A stretch of 64,000 nt of DNA from Candidatus Poribacteria bacterium (GTDB lineage Bacteria; Poribacteria; WGA-4E; WGA-3G), in the NCBI GenBank assembly GCA_965214095.1, contig OZ243938.1, positions 1,280,001-1,344,000 on the forward strand, in the 5' to 3' direction. How positions within the stretch are numbered: position 1 is the first letter of the stretch; each line of letters begins with the position of its first letter. Of this stretch, positions 59,173 through 64,000 are shown piece by piece. Position numbers and translations under genes: made by a program. A model generated the notes under the pieces. The model saw only the letters and a program-made list of their open reading frames with translations. It was not told where the DNA came from and did no database searches.

Positions 59173-61134
59173 ATGACAAACACCTTTAACACTCAATCTG
59201 ATAATCCACAACAGACATCGCACCCAGGTGTAACCTTCCGTGCAATTCTGATTGGAATCATCCTTATTCCACCCAATTCCTATTTTATTATGGCAAACCA
59301 TCTCCGTTTCTGGAGTACTTTGCCGACAACAATGTCACTCATCTATAATGTTGTGATTACATTGACATTGTTAACATGTCTTAATTTCCTACTCAAGTTT
59401 ATACTACCTCGTTATGCACTTCGTCAAGGAGAACTATTGACGATATATGTTATCTTGTCAATTTCTTCAGCTATCGCGGGACACGATATGATGCAGACTG
59501 TTGTTCCCATTATCCCAAACGGTTTCTGGTTTGCAACACAAGAGAATGAATGGCAACAACTCTTCTGGCGTTTTTTACCCAGTTGGATGACGCTTAATGA
59601 TATGTCTGTTCTGCAAGATTTCTATGACGGTGACACGACTTTTTATACAAAAAAGTATATGGTAGCATGGTGGAAACCGATCCTTTGGTGGACTCTATTC
59701 TTATCAGTCATAATATGGGTAATGATATGCATTGACCTTCTCATTCGCAAGCAGTGGATTGAACATGAAAGATTGACATATCCGATTGTCCGATTACCGA
59801 TTGAGATGACGCATAATGATGGTAGGTTGTTTAAAAACAAAATGTTGTGGGTAGGATTCGCAATTGCAGGTGGGATCGATCTAATTAACGGTATCCATGC
59901 GTTCTTTCCAGCATTTCCTGAGATACCTGTGCGTAATGCAGATCTCGGCAGATATTTCACTGAAAAGCCATGGGATGCTATGGGGTGGACACCCATCTAT
60001 ATTCTTTCGTTTGGTGTGGGACTTGCATTTTTGATGCCGCTTGAGATGTCCTTTTCACTCTGGTTTTTCTATCTATTTTGGAAAGGAGAACGGATATTAG
60101 GAAGAGCAATGGGACTACAGATATTACCTGGATTTCCTTATGACGGACCACAAGGTGTGGGAGCATATCTTGCCATCGCTATTTTTGCACTCTATGGTGG
60201 ACGAAGACATCTTTATTCAATATTTACAAATTTTATAAATGCTTTTAGATTCGGCAAACAGAACACACAACTGAAACTTTCGACTGAGTATCGGGAAGCG
60301 ACTGGCAGCCGTTGGGCACTCGTCGGATTAGTCGCGGGTGTGTTATTCCTCTTCATCTTTTCAAGATACGGTGGAATGGCTATATGGATGATTGCACTTT
60401 ATTTTGTCATCTATTATCTACTCGCGCTTGGCATTACACGTGTCCGCGCCGAAGTCGGTCCGCCAACGCATGAGATGTTTGTGGCTAATCCACGGCAGTT
60501 TATTATTGACACACTTGGTTCCAGACACATTCCACCACCTAGTCTGACGATGATGTCACTATACTATGCATTTAATCGTGGGTATCGCGCACACCCGATG
60601 CCCCACACCTTAGAAGGATTCAAACTTGTTGAAGTAGCAAATATGAGAGCAGGAAGAATGGTCATCGCCATGATGTGTGCGGTTGTCTTCGGCATTCTTG
60701 CTGCATTCTGGTCATATCTTGTCGTATCTTATGACATAGGCGCGAATCCGGGTCTGGGGAACGGTGGATATAATAGACTCAGAACATGGCTTTATTATCC
60801 AAGTGAAACAAACATCCCCGCAGTTACATTCATGGGCGTAGGGTTTCTATTCACCGGTTTGCTGTGGTGGCTCCGAACACGATTTCCTGCCTTCCCTTTT
60901 CATCCTACGGGATATGCTGTTGCAAGTAGTATGTGGACGTTTGGCTGGCTTTGGTTTTCTGTATTCGTGAGTTGGTTAGCAAAATATATTATTCTACGAT
61001 TTGGCGGTATTCGCCTCTATCATCGGGTCTTACCTCTGTTTTTAGGACTGATATTAGGAGAATTCATTGTTGGTGGCGCGTGGGTGATCATTCGACTGAT
61101 ATGGGGTGTGTCTGTATATTCGTTCTATCGATAA
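59173..61134 (+). CDS. DUF6785/DUF6784-type polytopic membrane protein (OPT-like putative transporter)
   Basis: GVT.RAI..G, ELL.IY, RKQW...ERL.YP...LP, R.RAE.G, PFHP.GY and P.FLGLI.GE. Confidence 0.7.
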   Translation: MTNTFNTQSDNPQQTSHPGVTFRAILIGIILIPPNSYFIMANHLRFWSTLPTTMSLIYNVVITLTLLTCLNFLLKFILPRYALRQGELLTIYVILSISSAIAGHDMMQTVVPIIPNGFWFATQENEWQQLFWRFLPSWMTLNDMSVLQDFYDGDTTFYTKKYMVAWWKPILWWTLFLSVIIWVMICIDLLIRKQWIEHERLTYPIVRLPIEMTHNDGRLFKNKMLWVGFAIAGGIDLINGIHAFFPAFPEIPVRNADLGRYFTEKPWDAMGWTPIYILSFGVGLAFLMPLEMSFSLWFFYLFWKGERILGRAMGLQILPGFPYDGPQGVGAYLAIAIFALYGGRRHLYSIFTNFINAFRFGKQNTQLKLSTEYREATGSRWALVGLVAGVLFLFIFSRYGGMAIWMIALYFVIYYLLALGITRVRAEVGPPTHEMFVANPRQFIIDTLGSRHIPPPSLTMMSLYYAFNRGYRAHPMPHTLEGFKLVEVANMRAGRMVIAMMCAVVFGILAAFWSYLVVSYDIGANPGLGNGGYNRLRTWLYYPSETNIPAVTFMGVGFLFTGLLWWLRTRFPAFPFHPTGYAVASSMWTFGWLWFSVFVSWLAKYIILRFGGIRLYHRVLPLFLGLILGEFIVGGAWVIIRLIWGVSVYSFYR

Positions 61135-61135
61135 T

Positions 61136-61164
61136 TTGACAAAACCTTAGGTCAATGATATACT
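61136..61164 (+). promoter_or_regulatory. Sigma70-type promoter overlapped by a TTGAC-N10-GTCAA inverted repeat
   Basis: TTGACA-17-TATACT with a TG extension; GTCAA at 61151-61155. Confidence 0.65.
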
Positions 61165-61209
61165 TCGTTAGACACGAGATTTATTTACAATGGATGCAAG
61201 AAACACATT

Positions 61210-62316
61210 ATGAAAAAACAAAGTATAAAGTATTACCTTCTTCTCTTAATTATTACAATATTACAATCAAGTTGTCATATATCCTATTTTGATAGACCAA
61301 GTAACTCGGATTTATTGAAGTTAAAAAACAGATATGCAATCAGCTTGAACTCTACTTGGAATGAAGAAAAAGCCGGTATTTTGTTAGCAACATTGGATTC
61401 TATCTACCAGAACGTTGATTACCAGAATAACACGCATCCTCCTTCCGTTTGGAGGATAAGTAGTGATGAAGTCCAAGATAACATCAAAATAGAAATCTTC
61501 AATAGTATAAAACTCGTCACTGTCAGTCAGGCTGTATTTGCAAGTGAAGACAGTGCATCTGAATTTGAAACAAAACAGAGGTTCTTTCGCGTTGTTGCTC
61601 AATTCATTACGGAAAATTGGACAAACAGAGATGCAGCAAAACTCATATTGAAAGATGGCACTGACAGAGATGCACTTGAATTGGTGCTGCAAGAAATGTA
61701 TGGACTACGTATAGTTCGCAAGGATACACCTGAATCAGAAAGAATAGCACAGAGATTACGAAAATATGTTGGCGAAGTGCATGTTACTGAATTTACCAAC
61801 CAAGAACTGATGAAACTCATGACAGTTTATGAAATATTTCCGAGAGGGTTAGACAAAATACCTAAAATGAAACACCTCCTTCGGAGAGATAAAGCACCTT
61901 ATGCTGGTTCCGCGTGGATTGTTGCAGATTGTATTGAGTATGATGCGCGAACATTTCGTGTAACAAATCAAAATGAATTCAAACGGATCATCATTCATGA
62001 AAAAGCACATTTTCTATGGGAATATGCTCTTAACGGAAAACTTAGAAAGGCATGGTCAGCACTGGGTGGATGGCATAAAGATCCTGAAAACAAAAGTAGA
62101 TGGCTAAAGTCAAAAGATCGTAATGAATTTGTAACAGACTATGCTTACGCTAAGAACCCGAATGAAGATTGGGCAGAAAGTGTTGCTTTCTATCTTTCGC
62201 GTCCGAATAAACTTCGCACTTGCTCAATTGAAAAATACGACTTTATAGACCGTGTCATGCAACAGTATCAAGAAGTTGGCGTTCCCTTCAAAAGATTGCA
62301 GCATATTGACTATTGA
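61210..62316 (+). CDS. Putative lipoprotein zinc metallopeptidase
   Basis: Lipobox-like LQSSC; HEKAH zincin motif and downstream YA...NEDWAES. Confidence 0.7.
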   Translation: MKKQSIKYYLLLLIITILQSSCHISYFDRPSNSDLLKLKNRYAISLNSTWNEEKAGILLATLDSIYQNVDYQNNTHPPSVWRISSDEVQDNIKIEIFNSIKLVTVSQAVFASEDSASEFETKQRFFRVVAQFITENWTNRDAAKLILKDGTDRDALELVLQEMYGLRIVRKDTPESERIAQRLRKYVGEVHVTEFTNQELMKLMTVYEIFPRGLDKIPKMKHLLRRDKAPYAGSAWIVADCIEYDARTFRVTNQNEFKRIIIHEKAHFLWEYALNGKLRKAWSALGGWHKDPENKSRWLKSKDRNEFVTDYAYAKNPNEDWAESVAFYLSRPNKLRTCSIEKYDFIDRVMQQYQEVGVPFKRLQHIDY

Positions 62317-62319
62317 TAC

Positions 62320-63696
62320 CTATAAAAGTTTTTGCTCCCACCACTCAAGATAATCGGCATCGCTTATATCAGGAGTAAGTCCACGTGATTCCATTCTCTC
62401 TCTAAATGACTCATCCATATTTTCATCCCAATAGGACTTTGTTTCATCTGACTCTGGCGTTTCTCCCATATCCCCTGTTGTTTGTGTCCAGGCATCCAGT
62501 TGATTGCTAAGGTCCTTTCGTATTTCACCATACTTCATATCATCTGCGAGGTTGTTGACTTCATAAGGATCGTTCTCCATGTCGTATAGTTCTTCATTAG
62601 GACGTGTCTGTGCAAGAAAATGTTGCTGTGCTTGTGTCAGTTCACCTTTCTCAGCTAAGATGTGTATCAATGTCCATAATGGATATTGAAGTTTCTTATA
62701 TCCATTGAATTGCATATACGGCAGTTCAGGATGATAGTTGCGGATAAGTTTATAGTCTTTTGTGCGGATACAACGGATGCGATCATCAGTGCCATCACAT
62801 CGGTCACGTGCAGCGAAGATAGCATCACGAGATGTCGCATTCTTTCCAAGAAAAACTTGTCCTTGAACGTAACTTGGAATGTCAATACCAGTTAGAGATA
62901 GTGATGTCGGCATAAAGTCAACGCCACTGACAAGTTCATCGCTGACAACGCCAGCATCAATATTATTTGGATGTCTTACAATTAGTGGAATGTGGATGCC
63001 ACCATCATACAAAAACTGTTTGCATCGGATATGCGCGCGCCCATGATCACTGATGAAGAAGACAATTGTGTTTTCTGAGAGTCCTTCATCATCCAAGCGA
63101 TTTAATATCCGCCCCACTTTCTTGTCCAATATTTGGATGCTTTCCAGATAAAGTGCCCAATCCTTTCGTATTAGCGGATGGTCAGGATAGTATGAAGGCA
63201 ATTCTACATCATCAGGATTTATAGGTCGTTCTGGATCCGGTTTGAAAACCCGATGTGTGTCGGGTATGTTGATTTGTGCATAGAAGGGTTGTCCCTCATC
63301 CCTTTCCTGCCAATCTATACCATCAAATGGGTTCTTACTCTGAAAGTTGAAATCGGTTTTACCGCGCTTGTTATAGGGAGGTCCAGGACTGTTACATGTG
63401 AAATAACCAGCTTCTCTGAAACAATCAGTAATTAGTTTCATATCTGAACGTAGTGGTTTATCACGATTACTGCGATGGTTATGTGCATCAAAGTGTGTTT
63501 GATATGTTCCCGTAATCAGTGCTGAACGGCTTGGAGAACAGACAGGACAAGTTACATACGCATTAGAAAACCGTGTTCCTTCTTCTGCGAGTCTATCTAT
63601 ATTCGGTGTTGCGACGGCAGGGGTTCCATAACATCCCAAGTCAGGTGAGAGATCTTCTCCGTATATCCACAGTACATTCGGTTGCGTTGTTGCCAA
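62320..63696 (-). CDS. Formylglycine-dependent sulfatase
   Basis: PNVLWI..EDL, CSPSRSALITG and SDHG...R.KQ.LY.GG..IP; TTG start with AGGAG RBS; no signal peptide. Confidence 0.93.
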   Translation of the reverse strand: MATTQPNVLWIYGEDLSPDLGCYGTPAVATPNIDRLAEEGTRFSNAYVTCPVCSPSRSALITGTYQTHFDAHNHRSNRDKPLRSDMKLITDCFREAGYFTCNSPGPPYNKRGKTDFNFQSKNPFDGIDWQERDEGQPFYAQINIPDTHRVFKPDPERPINPDDVELPSYYPDHPLIRKDWALYLESIQILDKKVGRILNRLDDEGLSENTIVFFISDHGRAHIRCKQFLYDGGIHIPLIVRHPNNIDAGVVSDELVSGVDFMPTSLSLTGIDIPSYVQGQVFLGKNATSRDAIFAARDRCDGTDDRIRCIRTKDYKLIRNYHPELPYMQFNGYKKLQYPLWTLIHILAEKGELTQAQQHFLAQTRPNEELYDMENDPYEVNNLADDMKYGEIRKDLSNQLDAWTQTTGDMGETPESDETKSYWDENMDESFRERMESRGLTPDISDADYLEWWEQKLL

Positions 63697-63722
63697 AACA
63701 ATCTCCTTAAAATATGTTATAG

Positions 63723-64000
63723 TTATTTGTTTCCGTTTAATCTGTCTACCACATAGCGTTCGCGAAAGAGTGTTTGCCGCATCGGAGGCATTTCCTCAAA
63801 CAATTTTGGATTCGGTTTATATACCCGTGCATATCCACTATCCACAGGACTATAAAGGTTGAAAATTGCTAATCTATCGTTGTCAGCATTTGTCCACGGA
63901 TTTGCGCTATGTGTCAATGCTTCTGTGAAAAACAGGAGTGAACCCGGTGGACATCCGTAAGTGCTCCATATATCCGATTCTGGATTCTGGATTTCAGCAG
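63723..64000 (-). CDS. C-terminal part of a PhyH-family dioxygenase, truncated by the window edge
   Basis: Reads TYGCPPGSLLFFTEALTH...W...DR.A.F..Y, the distal His motif of the family. Confidence 0.7.
   Translation of the reverse strand, partial: AEIQNPESDIWSTYGCPPGSLLFFTEALTHSANPWTNADNDRLAIFNLYSPVDSGYARVYKPNPKLFEEMPPMRQTLFRERYVVDRLNGNK

Overview
A 64-kb, AT-rich, gene-dense bacterial chromosome segment with about 44 CDS. The gene content suggests Candidatus Poribacteria or a similar marine PVC/FCB-like heterotroph (inference only): WD40, TPR-LamG and PQQ-like propeller proteins, two PhyH dioxygenases, a sulfatase, DUF6785-type and PmoA/DUF6807-type proteins, and a BMC vertex protein. Housekeeping and envelope genes include a TamB-like gene, an Omp85/BamA-like gene, recG, smc, sixA, thiO and 5-formyl-THF cyclo-ligase. 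The rest is mostly transporters and catabolic enzymes. I found no rRNA, tRNA, CRISPR array, cas gene or transposase ORF. The most notable signals are four. (1) Several unrelated miniature inverted-repeat elements each enclose GTAG-type REP hairpins. At 58813-59140 an IS4/IS231-like MITE has inserted into the REP hairpin of another MITE and duplicated the whole 20-bp stem-loop; an empty 137-bp copy lies at 19185-19321. (2) An SDR gene is bracketed by an IS231-like terminal repeat and a TnpB omega-RNA-like right end. (3) An orphan BMC pentamer gene heads an operon with a RegB-like GGxxNPF sensor kinase and an NtrC-like regulator whose AAA+ domain looks catalytically dead. (4) Domains are inserted into a BamA POTRA repeat and into a single TPR motif. 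All family assignments come from motif recognition by eye, not from database searches.
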